NCBI GenBank assembly: GCA_964016885.1
Contig: OZ024740.1
Span: 103,106,001 to 103,170,000 of the forward strand
DNA: 64,000 nt
Direction of reading: 5' to 3'
From: Eledone cirrhosa
Lineage: Eukaryota
The translations under genes were made by a program, and so were the position numbers. Under the pieces are notes generated by a model. The model was given only the letters and a program-made list of their open reading frames with translations. It had not been told where the DNA came from and searched no databases. The first letter of the stretch is position 1; each line of letters starts with the position of its first letter. Below are positions 32,096 to 49,574 of this stretch, piece after piece.

Positions 32096-32552
32096 TATTA
32101 ATTTCAAGAATGTCAGTATTCCGTGTCATAATTCTCGATTATCATTGATTCATAGGTTTCAAACGACTCCGCCCACCTCAACGACGCCAAACTGAAATTA
32201 ATATGCATAATGCCAATGAGGGAGTGAGAGGGGAGAGTGTGAACGCTGTGTTCAATAACTATTAACATGTGTGCGTGTGTATGTACTTCCGCGTATGTTT
32301 ATGTGTGTGTGCGTGCGTGCAGCGTTCCACAGAAAGTAAAAACTATCAACATGTGTGAGTGTGTAAGTTTGCGTGCGTGTGCGCGTTTCCATGCGTGTAT
32401 GTGTGTGACGTTCCACAATCGCCACGCAGTTTATCTGTATGTGTGCCTGTCTGTCAGTCTAACATACACAGAGTTGTGAAGGGAGTAAATAGGGACCTTT
32501 CTTTACATTGCCGAACATCTTTTATATTTATTATTGTGTCATTTTTTGACAA

Positions 32553-35500
32553 TTGCTCGAAATGAATACTGATAATAAAAGCAATTCGACTTTATCAAAT
32601 AGTGAACTACAGCGGCGACGGCGTGCAGCCAGCAATGAAGAAAAATGGGCCGAACAGCGCCATCGGAACGCCGAACTTCAGAGGCGAAGACGTGGCGCCA
32701 TGAATGAAGAAGAGCTGGCTGAACAACGCCAACGAAACACTGGAACCAAGCAGCGACGGCGTGCTGCGATGGTTGAAGACGAACTGGCTGAGCATCATCA
32801 GCAGATGGCCAGTATTCAGCAGCAACGGCGTGCTGCGATGGATGAAGAGGAGCTGGCTGAACAGCGCCAGCGCAATACAGAAGTTCAGAGAATGTGTCGC
32901 TAAAGTGCTCCTCATTCCAGTAAAGAGGCTAGAAGGCGAACGAATGATATTAACAATGCATCATGGCAACCGTGTCATTTTCAGATTGGTGGACGAGCAG
33001 TGTCCACATTGTGGATCATTGCTTTGGAGGCACGAAAAGACGTGGACCACAATGTGCTGTCATAAAAGAGCAGTTCAACTAGAACCCTTGCGAATGCCGG
33101 ATGATGAGGAGTCACCGGAGTTTAAAATACTAAGTATGTAGGGTGATCAAGGAGACCGAGGTAGATTACTGCGCAAATATTCGCGGCAAATTAATATTCA
33201 TTAGCTTTAGCATCGCAGAGAGTTAGTGAGATGTTTGAGAGTGGAGAATGGCAACCGAATGTAGTCATTTAAGGCCGTTTGTATCATTGTATCGGTAATT
33301 TAGAAGTTACCCCAGGAGAGAGGCCTCGATTCGTTCAAATTTACGTTAACGATCCAGATTATAGTGAATCTGAGGAGGATATCAGGATCGGTTGGATGAA
33401 GTTGCCGGGAAATATAACTGAACTTGAACGGCAAAGGTTAAGTGATTTGATCCGTGATTTGCAATCATGGCTTAGACAGTGTAATCCTTATGCTATGGAT
33501 TTCATGTTGGCGGCTGAACTGCAAAATGTTCAGCAGCAAACATTGGTGATTAAGGCTGACGCAGTGCCAAGGAATCAACACGAACGGCGATATAATGCCC
33601 CTGAAGGATTTCGTGAAGTTGCTGTGTTGATGGACGATAAGCCTGGATCGAGAGATATCGTCCTCAATCGCAGAGATGGTGGTCTCAAGACTATCAATGA
33701 GTCAAATAGGGCATACGATCCATTGCATTATGTTCTTTTATTCCCAAAAGGTGAAAATGGATGGAACATGTCTGTTCATTTAGATGATCATGATAATCAG
33801 CATCAACAGGGAGGCGGCAATAGACACAATAATTCGATTCGCGACTTTTACGCGTTCCATTTGAACGAGAGGAATCAACAGAGAAATGCACTATTTCAAG
33901 CTAGCAGATTGTTCCAGGAATACTGTTGTATATCATTCGCAAAGATCGAAAATCAAAGGATAAATTATATAGCTACACATCAGCAACATATCAAAGCTGA
34001 ATTGTATAATAATATACAGGATGCGATAACAGCCGATGATGCCAATTACAAGCAAATTGGTCGACGCATCATTTTGCCATCGTCGTTCATCGGCGGCCCG
34101 AGATATATGAACATTCGCTATCAGGATGCAATGGCTATTGTCAGAAAGTTTGGAAAGCCAGATTTGTTTATAACGGTTACATGCAATCCTGAATGGACTG
34201 ATATTAAGGATGCACTTTTGCCAGGACAACAGCCAAAGGACCGTCTTGATATTGTGGCAAGAGTATTCAAAGGATATCTGAAAAAGATAATGGATAATGG
34301 ATGATGTGGAAAAAGAGGGAATCTTTGGAGGTATAGTTGCTTTTACATACGTAATTGAATTCCAAAAAAGAGGATTGCCACATGCACATTTACTGATCAT
34401 TTTACATAGAGATTGCAAATTGAGATGTGCTGAGGATGTCGACAGCATTGTGTGTGCTGAACTGCCGGAGAATGAGGCACTATGCAACTTGGTGGCAAAG
34501 TCAATGGTGCACAACCAATGCGGAGTGGAAATCGGAAAGCGCCTTGCATGAAAAATGGCCAATGCAGTAAGCACTTTCCGAAATCTTTTGTCACGAACAC
34601 TTCCTGGAACGATGGGGATGCTCATCCCTCATACAGAAGACGGTCGCCTGCCGATGGCGGTTTGGTCGAAAATGTAAACGGTCGACAGGTTACAAATCAA
34701 TGGGTTGTGCCATACAATCCATATTTGATTATGAAATATCGTTGTCATATTAATGTGGAAATTTGTAGCTCAGTGAAAGCTTGCAAATATCTATTCAAAT
34801 ATGTTTACAAAGGTCATGATCAGGCAATGATCAATGTCAGGAATGAGGAAGCGAACCAAGGAGATGAAGTTGGCAGGTTCCAGGATGTTTGCTCGATTGG
34901 ATCTAGCGAAGCTTGCTGGAGATTGTTCGATTTTCATCTCAATGAACGCAAACCAGTTCAGAAACTGACGGTTCACTTAGAGAATAGGCAAATGGTCTGT
35001 TTTCAGGACACTAGAAGAGGTGTCGAAAGAATTGCTAGCGCACCACCTCCTAAGACGGAATTGACTGAGTGGTTCAAGCATAATAGGGAACATGCTTTGA
35101 ACCCGGATCAAAGGCAACTCTACTGCGATTTCCCTTCGCACTATACGTGAGATAAGAAGGGAAAGAAATGGAATGATAGAAAACAAAAGGTGAGAGTCAT
35201 GACTGTTGGACGGGTTTGTAATGTCCATCCAGCATCTGGTGATGTGTTTTATCTCAGAATTCTGTTGCATAGTGATTTTTCGAGAGGTAAACAGAGCTTC
35301 GCTGATTTGAAAACATTCAATGGCGTGGAATATGAAACATACCAGGCTGTGTGTCAACATCTGGGAATCCTTAAGGATGACACTGAATGGAATAACGCCA
35401 TGGAAGCTGCAGGAACAACACAGATGCCAGCTCAAATAAGGCAGTTGTTTGTCACGATTTTAGGATTCTGCAATCCTGCCGATCCAAGAGAGTTATTTGA

Positions 35501-37146
35501 ACGCCATTGGGGAATTATGGCTAATGATTTTAGGCATCATCTTCAGGTCGATGATGAAAATTTGATGAAGGCTATTGTTTTGCTCAATATTGAGCAACTG
35601 CTTGAAGTTCATTTGAAATGTTTAAGAGATTTCAATTTGCCAATTCCTGATGAAGAAATGCGGCAACGTGTCTTAGCATTGAACATGAGATTGCAGCTTA
35701 GACGGTTGCCACTCGATCGGGGGGAACTATTCCAGTTTGATCCACTGGAACAGCAACGTATTGTGGATGAACGTATGCTAATGTTGACCCAATCTCAAAG
35801 AGAATTGGTCGATGGCGTTCTCCACTCGATTTCCACTAATGAGCAACTTTGTGCTTTCATAGATGCTCCAGGAGGCACCGGAAAGACATTCTGTTTCAAC
35901 ACTATGTTATCGGCAGTCAGAGCTCAGAGGAAGATTGCTCTCCCTGTGGCCACCAGTGGGATCGCTGCCACTTTGCTGAGTGGTGGAAGGATCTTCCACT
36001 CATGCTTCAGGGCTCCATTGGCTCCGGATGAGTTGAGTGTCTGAAACATTACAGGACAAAGTGAACTCGCGGGCCTTATACGCAATACGTCTCTGATTAT
36101 TTGGGACGAGGCTCCAATGGCACACAGATATTTGCTGCAGGCATTGGACAAAACTTTGAGACATATCTGCGGTAGTGACCTGCCATTCGGTGGTAAGACT
36201 ATCGTTCTTGGTAGAGATTTCAGACAGGTGCTACCAATTGTTAGGTATGCTCAAAGAGCGCAAATTGTCAATGCATGTCTGAAAAAGTCCCCGTTGTGGC
36301 GCCATTTCAGAGTTTTGCGATTACACGATAATATGCGACTTCGTATGTTCGGGCAAAACGAAGAGGCTGAGACATACGGCCGATGGTTGATGCAGTTGGG
36401 AAACGATGAATTGCCACACGTTGGTGATAATCAGACTGTAAGAATCCCAGACCATTTGGTCATGCCACTGGACCGCCAAGCATTGATTGACTGGGTGTTC
36501 CCTAATTTAAATGCTTTTTGGCAGAATATCTCCTGGATATCGGAACGCATTATTTTAACTCATACGAATGCAACGGTCGATGAAATAAATTCAGAAGTAG
36601 CCGGAATGTTTCCTGGAGAGGAATGGTTGACCGTCAGTGCGGATGCAATGGAGCCTAATCAGCAGAACAATATGGATGTTCCGACTGAGTATCTGAATTC
36701 ACTTCAAATACCCGGATTTTCCCCACATATTTTGAGGTTGAAAAAGGGTATGCCGAAATATCAATCATAAAATGGGTCTTTGCAATGGTACCAGATTGAT
36801 TGTTGAGAGATTGATTAACGGAAGAGTTTTAGAAGCTAAACTCCCAGGCAGAGAGGAATCGGTTCTCATTCCGAGGATCATGCTGAGACCAAGTGAAGAT
36901 CTGGTGCCATTCATTTGGCAAAGGAGACAGTTTCCCGTCAATTTGGCCTTCTCCATGACTGTCAACAAGGCACAGGGACAGACTTTCAAGCGAGTCGGTG
37001 TCTACTTGAATGATCCAGCATTCCGCCATGGGCAACTGTATGTTGCTGCATCTCGAGTGTGCGATCCTGATGGTATAAAATTTGCAATTGATACCACTAA
37101 CAGAGGAACAACCCTGAATATTGTCTATAATGAAGCTTTGAGCTGA
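32553..37146 (+). pseudogene. Helitron Rep/helicase (HUH endonuclease + PIF1-like SF1B helicase), disrupted by stops and frameshifts
   Basis: CPHC zinc region, FITVTCNPEW, EFQKRGLPHAH, KYLFKYVYKG, DAPGGTGKT, DEAPM, DFRQVLP, GLCNGTRL, QFPVNLAFSMTVNKAQGQT, HGQLYVAASRV. Confidence 0.95.
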
Positions 37147-37354
37147 TTATGCATATCTTTAATGCTATCAATAAGCGACGTAAATGATTTGGACTTTGGT
37201 GTCCTTTCATCAGTATTGTGAGCTTTGACAGAGTTATCATTTATGTTCAATGTCATTTATTGTCGATAATGAGCAATAAAAACCAACAAGTATTGGTAGA
37301 AATTGCCTTCAAATTTATCGCTTCTGATTGCAGTGGTAATAAAACCACATTGAT

Positions 37355-39988
<2,634 letters not shown>

Positions 39989-41364
39989 ATGTATGTATTC
40001 GGGTCGTCGGCGCCTAAACCGGCAACCCTACCAAGCTAGCTTGGTGAGGAGGGTGATATTTGGACGCCCTGTGGGATGAAATACAAGACCCACCAAAGGG
40101 CGGAGGAACTCAGGAGAGTCAACGGCCATCCAAATAGTACTTTTTTTTTTCACCTGGGAGTGAAAGGCCCCCAGTTGTTGTCACAAAAACCTGTCTAAGG
40201 GAGGGAAACCCTGAAAAAAAAAAGCCTGCGGCTTCGGAAGCATCCGATGATGATGACCAGTTCTCCTTTTCGGGTAGTGTTTGCGATGCTCAGAAAGTGG
40301 AATTGGTCGAGTGCAAGGCCTTTCCCCACTTAAATAACCTTCAAAGCACAGGCATTGTTTGTTCAGGATATGTTACAGGTTCGTATGGCTAGCCGTAACC
40401 GAAAAGTGCACCAAACTCTATAATCTGACAGCGATTGCAATACTCTTAGCAGAGTACTTGGTGAGGAGGGTGATTTTGGACACCCTGCAGGACGAAAAAC
40501 AAAACCTGACAAATGACAGGAGAACTCATGAGTCAACAGCCATCCAAAAAAATGTGTAAATATGAATGTACATGTGTATATATGAATGTATGTATGTATG
40601 TATGTATGTATGTATGTATGTATGTATGTATGTATGTATGTATGTATGTGCGTTTGTGCATATGTGTATATATGCGCGGGGACATAAAAATAATCGAGCT
40701 GGATACCCGATCCTGCAGTTAAACCACTGGGAGTGAAGGACCCCTAGCCTTTGTCAGGGCATTCTTCTAGGAGAAAGCAACTCCGACATAAAACCTGCGG
40801 CTCAGTAGTTACCGATGATGTTGATCTTTTCTTCTTTTCGGGTTATAGCTACTCTCACTCAGACAGTGGAATTGGCTCAGTGCACAGTCTTTCCTCACTT
40901 TAAAAAAATCTTCACGCACAGGCATTGTATGATAGCATTAATTGATAATTATAAATAATGTTATATCGTGCAATGACCATACTCGATAACGAGGGGGCAG
41001 TGATCATCATATAGTAAAAGAGTGAAGAATAATGTGGGCGTTAATGTTCAAAATATTCAATTCAGAAAAAAACTCGTAAAATTCAAAATGAAAAAGTTAC
41101 GTAAGAAGGAAGAGCAAATAATAAAAAAATATTTTTATGGGGGAGGGGGTATTATAATTTTAAAACAGAAATCTAAAGAAATGTTCAAAGAAATTACGCA
41201 AGATGGGTGCTTATTTGAAAACTCCACCATGCACACAGCATCCACTCGCTACATAAAAAAAACTCGGTGTACAGTCATAGTCATAGTTGAACTGGTTTGA
41301 CGATTTAATAAATTAACAAACAAAACAATCTGATGGTATTTCACTGTCTGACATTTGATCGGCA

Positions 41365-41407
<43 letters not shown>

Positions 41408-42349
41408 ATTCGGGGCAGAGATTCAACCTCAGTAATCACACCCTCTCGATGACAACCACTAGTAACATTGTGACAAGTAGAGAGATAGACTTGTAAATAA
41501 ACCACGCCCTTTATTCTGCTGAAGAAAACCGTCAGTACGATTTCCTCCCCTTCACATTTCTTTTTCTCTCTTTTCACTCTTTAACTTTTCTTCTCTGTCT
41601 CCGTCCATCACTCTTACTCTCTAGCTACCACTATTCCTCACTCAGTCTCTCTGTTTTTCTATATTTACCGTTCTCTCTCTATCGTTTAAACTCTCTCCCT
41701 CAGCCATTCAATATTTATCGTTCATTCCTCTTTTATTTTTTACTCTCTTTACAATTCCTTATATATTACTCACACACCCCTCCCTCTATTAATCATTGAT
41801 ATTTCTATTTCTTTATCTCATTTGACACTTACTCTCTTACATTCTCTCTCGCTCTGTCTCTTTCATATAGTTTTCAACTAGCAATAACCACCCTCGTTGG
41901 CTATGGCACCGCCTCATTCACTGCATCTGACCCTCCTTTTCTTTCCTTCTCCTAACACACGCACTCTCACACTTAAACCACGGCATATGAAAATAATATT
42001 CTTTTCGGACTTTTAACAAGTTCGTTTTCTCAACAATGTCAGGTAAGATTTAGCAGTTTTTCTCGGGATTCTCTTTCATCGTTTGTGTACATGTACATCA
42101 GTTTAGTTTTGTCACTTATGTCACAGAAAAGGCTCAACTCTCCTCTTTTAAAATTCAAATCAAGTGTGTGCTCCTTGCTAATAACATCAAATATGTGATA
42201 AAGAAATATCATACAACTTTCTAATGTAGTGTAACTGAATTCTGGGTACCTACAAAGCTCACTCTACTGTCTTAAAAAGGCAATGCCTTTGGTCATAAGT
42301 CTTTTCAGTAATTCTTCCTGTGATCAAACACACATGTGGTGAAATAGCA

Positions 42350-43205
42350 TTAGTCAGTATTGATGCAAGTGTCGGACAACGTTTTGCAGTATAGAGTTGC
42401 ATCCCTTACATTCTGAATTCAAATCCCGCTGAGGTCAACTTTGCCTTTTATCTTTATGGGTTGGATAAATTAATGTACCAGTAATGTACACTGGGGTAGA
42501 TTTAATCGACTTTTCCCTCCCCTAAAAAGTTGTCGGCCTTGTGCCTGAATCAGAAACCATTGTTTTTATTATTATCATCATCAGGGTGGTGGATTGGCAA
42601 AGTTCTTAAAACATTAGACAAATACATAGCAGTATTTATTCCAGCTCATTTATTCACATTTATTCACACCAAGGTCAACTTTGCCTTTCATCCTTCCGAG
42701 GTTGATAAAATAATGTACTGAGGTCTGTATAATTTATTTTTCCCCTACCCAACAAATTGCTGGCTTTGTGCCTAAATTAGAAATCATTATTATTAGGGCG
42801 GTGGATTGGCAGTATCGGTAGAGGGTCGGACGCCATGCTTTGCAGCAAAGAGTTACGGCCCTTTATGGTCTGAGTTCAAATCCCGCCGAGGTTAACTTTG
42901 CCTTTCATCCTTACGGGGTCGATAAAATAAAGTACCAGTAATGTACTGGGTCTTTGCTGGCCTTGTGCCAAAAGTAGAAACAATTATTATTCATTTTACA
43001 AGATGTCAAACACCATGCTTTGTGGCATAGAGTTACTGCCCTTTTTGCTCTGAGTTCAAATCCTGCCGAGGTTAACTTTGCTTTTCATCCTTACAGGGTC
43101 TATAAAATAAAGTACCAGTAACAAACTGGGGTCGATTTAATCGACTTTTCCCCCCTCCCCCAAAAAATTGCTGGCCTTGTGCATAAATAAGAAATTATTA
43201 ATTTT
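42350..43205 (+). mobile_element. Four head-to-tail copies of the Meta-like tRNA SINE
   Basis: AACTTTGC(C/T)TTT..ATC central motif at about 42437, 42677, 42894 and 43074, with AT-rich tails between copies. Confidence 0.8.
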
Positions 43206-43431
43206 ACAATGATTTACATGAATGCACAAGGTCTATTTATTTCTGTATAATAAAGGTAACAATGGGGCATTGAAGACATAAGTAATGTACTACATCTCTT
43301 CTTTTTTATTCCACTTCTTGTATTTCAATTCATTTCACATGTTATATTATATATATGTTACATATATATATATATTATATTATATATATGTTACATATAT
43401 ATATTATATTATATATATGTTATATATATGT

Positions 43432-46150
43432 ATGAGATGAAAGAATGGTATTTAACTAATGTAATGGTACGCAATGGGGCCCACCCACAGCCCCGGCGGA
43501 CAGAATGGAGAAGGCGTTTCCCCGGAGGACAGCAAGGGAGACGCGCTGGAAAAGCCACTCCAACTCGCGGGGCTCACACCTACGGCTGGCCAGCTCGGCG
43601 CCTATGGTGGTGAGTAAGGAGGTAGCCCTGGGGCCAAGGACACCAGAAGTTTCCACTGCCAGGGGAACGACCGCAAACCTGTCGGAGAGCGACCGGTATT
43701 TGAAGAGTTTGGCCCCCTCAGCCCGACGTGCAGCAGAACCTGGGTCAGTCGCAGACTGCACCAGGTTGCGGCTGCAGAAAGTGTCAGTGCAAGTGGCATC
43801 CCAGACGAGGGGTTTGCCACCACGGAATGGGAAGATGGTCATGCCATCTGGCCTTTTGCCGTCCCCTCGATCCAGCCCCACCGGCTCGAGTTGGGAAGGG
43901 AAGCTTGCAGTGCCCAAGCCATGCTTAATGACCTTGTTGAAGGCAGCATGGCGTGGAATGCGGCCGGCACTGTAGCGACAGGAAAGCGGGTGGAGGCCGA
44001 AAGAGTCCACGGTGGAACCGCAGCGACATTGGTGTGGTTGGCAGATCCGGAGGCCGAGCCTCAGGGAAACGCCGATTCGCAGGCTATGGTTGTCTAGCTG
44101 TGTGCCAGTGGAGAAGGAGGGCAGAGCATGGAGCCAGGCACCACTGTAGGGTTTGGAGGCCGCACGAAAACAAGCAATGCGGTGCTGGTCGAGCTGGCGC
44201 GTTAGCCTGTCTGAGGCCAGGCTGCACTGGATGGCATCCCAAGTGTGTTGGGGGGACTTGACGTCAACAGGGGGAGAAGGAGGAGGGACGTCTACTGGGC
44301 TAAGTCCCAGCCGGTCCCACGTCTCACAGGAGGCCTTGCGTTCTCTGAGCACAGAGGGTTCTGTTGTGTTTTGAAGAACTCTGCTGACGAGGATGCGGCA
44401 CAAGGTTACCGACGGAAGATACGCCGGCAAAGCTAGTGAGATCGAGGACCGGAGGCCAAGGCCACCATACCTGACCGGTAAAGGGGCCTGTTGCCACCCT
44501 ATGTCGTCAAACTTGACGTTGCATATCCCCTCGGCTGCTGCTCGGATACAAGTATCAAGGTCAGCGAGGAGAGATGTCTGGGTGTAGCATGGAGCGCTGC
44601 GGAGTGTATAGAGGAGCTTCAGCATGGCGAAGCAGTTCCTCAGCAGAAAGAGAGCTGGGTGGCTGTCAATCAAGCCCAGTCGGCTCGTGAGAGTCTGGAG
44701 CTGTTGAAGCCTGGACCTGATGGTGGAGCGGATGGCCGGCGGGTGGATCTTTGGGGGTCACCTGAACCTGGCGGAGAATAGACCGCATGTCCAAGACGGA
44801 GGCTGCAAAGCTCACAGCATCGAGGCTGACGTTCACCACCTCTGACTTGGACGAGTTGACCTGGAGGCCGATTCCCGCCAGGGCAGGAATCACCGATTGA
44901 AGGTCTTAGCAGACCATCCGTATGGGCCCGCCCAACGTAGCATCATCCAGATACCAAACGTTGAGAGGGGCCATGATACGCCGGGCGATGTGGTCAATAC
45001 CAAGGGCGTACAGGAGGGGTCCCAAAGGGTCGCCCTGTTGGACCCCAGTATGTGAGGGTATGACCGTATCAGCAGCTAGGAGCATGCTCGGGGCTCCATA
45101 TGACTGATAGGCCAGCGTGTAGGCAGAGGGGGCTCGGCTGAGGCAGGCCTCGAGCAGATGATCCCAGCGTAAAGAGTTAAAAGCATTCCTCATGTTAAGC
45201 TTGACAATGAGGTGCCTGGAGTCCCTGGATGCCGGTACCGATGAGCAGCTGCTGAAGAACTGCCTGATTGCATGAGAGGCTCCCTCACAGCCGACACCCA
45301 GCTGCACCGGACTAAACTCCTCTCCCAGTTCGTGTGTGACGGACTTGCAGATCACCTTGGCAGCCAGCCTCCGGAAGACATTGCCCACAGTATTGGGGCG
45401 TATGCCACCCTCTTTCTTCCTGAGAGTGGTGAGGCTGGCCGAAAAAAAGAGGCCTCGGGCATAAGGGTCGAGGGCACCATGAATGAGCCTATTGGTGAGC
45501 GCCACAATTGCACTCAGAAGGCGGCGCTCGGCCTCCGTAGAGAGGGGGGATGTCAACTCCTTGAGGTGGCCTGGTCGGAGACCATCAACACCTCTGCAGC
45601 TGCTAGCTGGGAAGGACCTGATGGCGGACATGATATCTGCATCAGTAGCCACAAGGAGCAGGTGGGGTCGGATGGGGGTATGGGTCTGAGATCAGTGGGT
45701 GGCTCAGGGTGTTTGAGCCGCAGAGCAGCCAGGACCTCCTCGGTGGGCTGGAGGACAGTGTCCTCTGAGGCAACAACTCTGACTGTGGCCGAGACATCAC
45801 CCATGATAAGCTTTGCGTTTACCTGGTCACGCAAACGCTTGGCGCTGGCCTTGGAGGTGGAGGATAGGGGGTACCTGAGGGTGGGGTGTGTGGCGTCCCT
45901 GGGCACGCTTGGAATGGGCGCTCGCCCAAATGACGAGACATTGGCCTTGACGAAGGCTGCTGTTGACCGGCCACCCCAGTCAACGCCAGAGCTGGGGAAG
46001 CCAAGGGCGAGTGGGGCGAAATAGAACAGCCGCTCCCAGTCACTGGCTCGATTGGAGTCCAGGGCGCTCTCAATCGAGGAAGCGAGGGCATCGGCTACCG
46101 GCACCCATGCCGCTCTCGGGATCCTGAGTGGGATCTTCCGGAACCGCCTT
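43432..46150 (-). mobile_element. CRE-clade-like non-LTR retrotransposon (RT + CCHC + restriction-like endonuclease), 5'-truncated
   Basis: GGIRP, QLGVG, NAFN, GVQQGDPLGP, YLDD; GGLGLR, AWLHALP, CRCG..HPLSC, RH, KRPDG, WDAT, K..KY, PLAVETSG; GC-rich island. Confidence 0.88.
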
Positions 46151-47699
46151 TATAATGGAGCATATACATACTGTTTGATTATCAATTAATAACAACTGTC
46201 ACATACATATTGATTATTTCTGTATAAGATACCATGAGCTGGCAACCAATAATGATTATTATTAGTATTGATGAGGGAATGATGGGAGAAGGAAAGATAT
46301 GTAGGTTAAGGTAAGTCTGAATGGAGGGAATTATTCAGCAAGCTGGCTCAGAGAAGCAGAGGTCAAAGTAGTTATAGAAGAGTCAGAAATAGGAAACAGC
46401 ATGTCTATAAGCCAGTTATGATACTGGATTTATATATGAAGTATGTGGACTGTAGCCCAGAACCTCATACTCCACGTTGACACATCCTCATAGCTATGAA
46501 ATACATTTTTTTGTTAAAATTTAGAATATCATAATTGTTTTAAAAACCATTTCTTTTTCTTTTGGTGTTACTTCTGTTTTAGAGGTTGACATGGATGGAT
46601 GGATTTTAGAGGTTGACAAGTCTCAGGATTGTTCTGTGTCAGTTGATATTCATGTACTTTTGATTTTCATTCTATTTCTTGCAAGTAGATTCTGTGGGAG
46701 AGTAGCTAGATATTTTCTAGCCCAGCCCCTGTAGTTGCTTTAATCCCACCCTGGACAATGGTTATATAGTATGTTCAACAAGCAATTGATGGATGTAAAA
46801 AAAAATGAGGTCTATGATTTTTGTGTGAGTAGTAGTTGTTCCACTGTTCCAGATATATGAACAATACTTTCAGTATGGGTATTACTTGAGCATAGGATCA
46901 ACAATTGAGAGTCATTGCAAGAGTCATTGATAATTTTCCTCTCTTTAAATGATAATGGCTTACTTTAAAGATATGTGACCTACATTAATAGATGTTTTAG
47001 AAACGTTTATTAGTTTTATTCATAAATTGTAGTAAATCTAACAGAAATTAATATACCATCAAACTAAATAATTCATAGCAATCATAGCAATCAGCAAAGT
47101 TACTATCTCCCTATGACTACGTTTCAAAGCGAGACCCTACACATGGTTGTTCAACATGTCAGAAATAGCAGCCAAAACATTGGCTCTATCAATTATATTA
47201 GTCTCAGAGAACCTATGAATGTCATGGGTTGTAGCTAAACCATTAAAAAATCCATTTCCATACACTAAAGATAAAGCAGCCAAATCTCTCACAAATCACA
47301 CCCTACACTCTTAAAAAAGTAGGACTCATTAGATGTAGATGTGTTTGAATAAAAGACAAGATGGACACAATGGAAACATTTTGACTTGATGTTTTCTGCA
47401 TCAGAAACAATGCAGCATCACTATCAATACCATGCAATATATACGACCACCACAACCACCATAAATGATTTCTAATTTAGCCACAAGGCCAGTTGAGGGG
47501 AATGTTGATTATATCAACCCAATTCAATATTTTATCAATCCTGAAAAATGAATGGTAAAGTGGACCTCGGCAGGATTTGAACTCAGAATGTAAAGAGTTG
47601 GAATATATACCATTCACTTGTAGATTGTGGCTAGACCTGCTAGACAGAACAGCCAAATCTCCTTCAAAATTGCACCCAGCTGTCTTTTAAGACAATAAG

Positions 47700-48500
47700 G
47701 TGCAATTTAAATGGTTGGGCAACTGTGTATACTTGCATAAATCCAATTTTACAATAATGATCATCTTGGTGTGTTCTGTTTGATTTTCTCTTGCCTCTAG
47801 GGTTGTTAAACAGCTTCGATAGAACCAATTAGCAATGTACATGTTTAGCAAAAACCTTTTTGCAAAATTCATTCATACTTGCAATACTTTTTCAAAATAT
47901 TTTCCTATTTTTCCTTGATTAAAAAAAGATATTCCTGAAATGTTGCTGTTGTTTCTGTTACAAGAATCACAATACTTTCTTGGCACTCTACCATCAATTT
48001 TATCCTTGATCCTGTTATATATTTTGTTTTGTTTATTTAAAGTGGTCGAAATAAACAAATTGAATTGAAAATGTGTGGTCTAAAGTACCTTGTGTAGTGT
48101 ATTAACTAGTAGGTAGGTGAAGCGGGTGGCTGTTTAACAATGTGTATTTATCTGAAAAGCAGCCGAATCAAAGATTGATTGCCAACTTCTTAAAATAGTA
48201 TGTAGTTTGTTTGAAGGTAAAATACTTAAGTGTGCGATATCAGTTAAAAAAAAAACCCACAGTGATGGATTGGTGGAGATATAGTGGTTGTGGTGGCAAG
48301 ATTTATCAGTTAATCTGGGAAAGAGTTACGTTGATTTTTTTTTCTTTTTTAAATTATCAAGGTTTGAAACACTTTCTAGAATAAACTCTTAACATTCAGT
48401 AATGATTAGTAGAAAATATCTAAAATCAGGGACTGTTAATTCAAATATGTATAGTGTTTTTCCTAGTGGACAGATTATTGTGAAAATTTGCAATATTAGC
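47700..48500 (-). pseudogene. Possible highly decayed PLE RT relic
   Basis: Only a THFQFN..IY..DG-like trace on the minus strand. Confidence 0.3.
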
Positions 48501-49574
48501 ACACAGATTTTAAATTTTAATATGATATAGTCGTAGTGTTATTTTGTACTTTTCAAGAATGTGTTGCTAATGTGGTTTCATTGAGAGGCTAAAGGGAAGG
48601 CCAAGTCATTGATACAGATTTTGCAATCTTTTATATGTAAAGACAGGCAGTTAATTGGCAGATAATGCTTTGCAGTATTCTTTTTGGCTCTCTGCATTTT
48701 GAATTCAAATCATGTGATGTCAGCTTTGCCTTTTATCCTTTAAAGGTCGATAAAAAAAAGTTTCCTCTATATCTCTTTTTCACTTCCTCTCTTTCCTTCT
48801 CCAGAAAAAAATTGACTGTGTTCAGATCTGGAGAGGGGATGCTGTACATCACTACAATCCCCCTAGGTACTAACGGATATGGGTGCAGAAAGGATGTTTC
48901 TGTTTTCAGAAACTTGAAAAGATTAAGGGTGGCATGAAAATATGTAGAGGAAGGGATTGGCTAGATTCTAGCTGCTGGAAGGATAGAGAGAAAAAATGAC
49001 GCTGAACAGATGACACCAACATATATATTTATACAGATATACATATATATAGGAGTTCTAATAATAAAAATAACACCTATCTATCTATTTAATTGTCTGT
49101 CTGTCAATCTATCTATCTGTCTATCTAATTATCTATATACCTAACTGTCTATCTATCTACCTACCTATCACCTATCTATAAGTCTGCCTTTATGTTTATC
49201 TCAATGTATCTCCCTAACTATCTATCTATAGCTATCTATTTATGTAGCAACAACAAAAATGCACAAATCCCAGTAGTAGTCTGAAGAGATAGCAATTGAT
49301 ACATAAGAGGACAAAGTCATGATAATTTAATGGATATCATCCATCATCATCATCATCATTCAGGGAGATACATTGAGATAAACATAGCATCGATTCCTCC
49401 ATGCTTGCATGGGTTCGATGGGTCGTCCATTCTGGGAGACGAGTCTGGCCGTGGTTGGCCATGTCACACTTTGCTCCGGCAAAGACTGTAAATTTGGCCA
49501 GGTATTTTACAGCTGGATACCCTTCCTAGCACCAACCACATTTACAATGTGGGACTGGATGGCTTTGTCATGAG

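Noticed and set aside
41505-41550. CTGAAGA followed by a short hairpin
   Set aside because: No correctly placed GAAA or stem III; at best a deleted relic.
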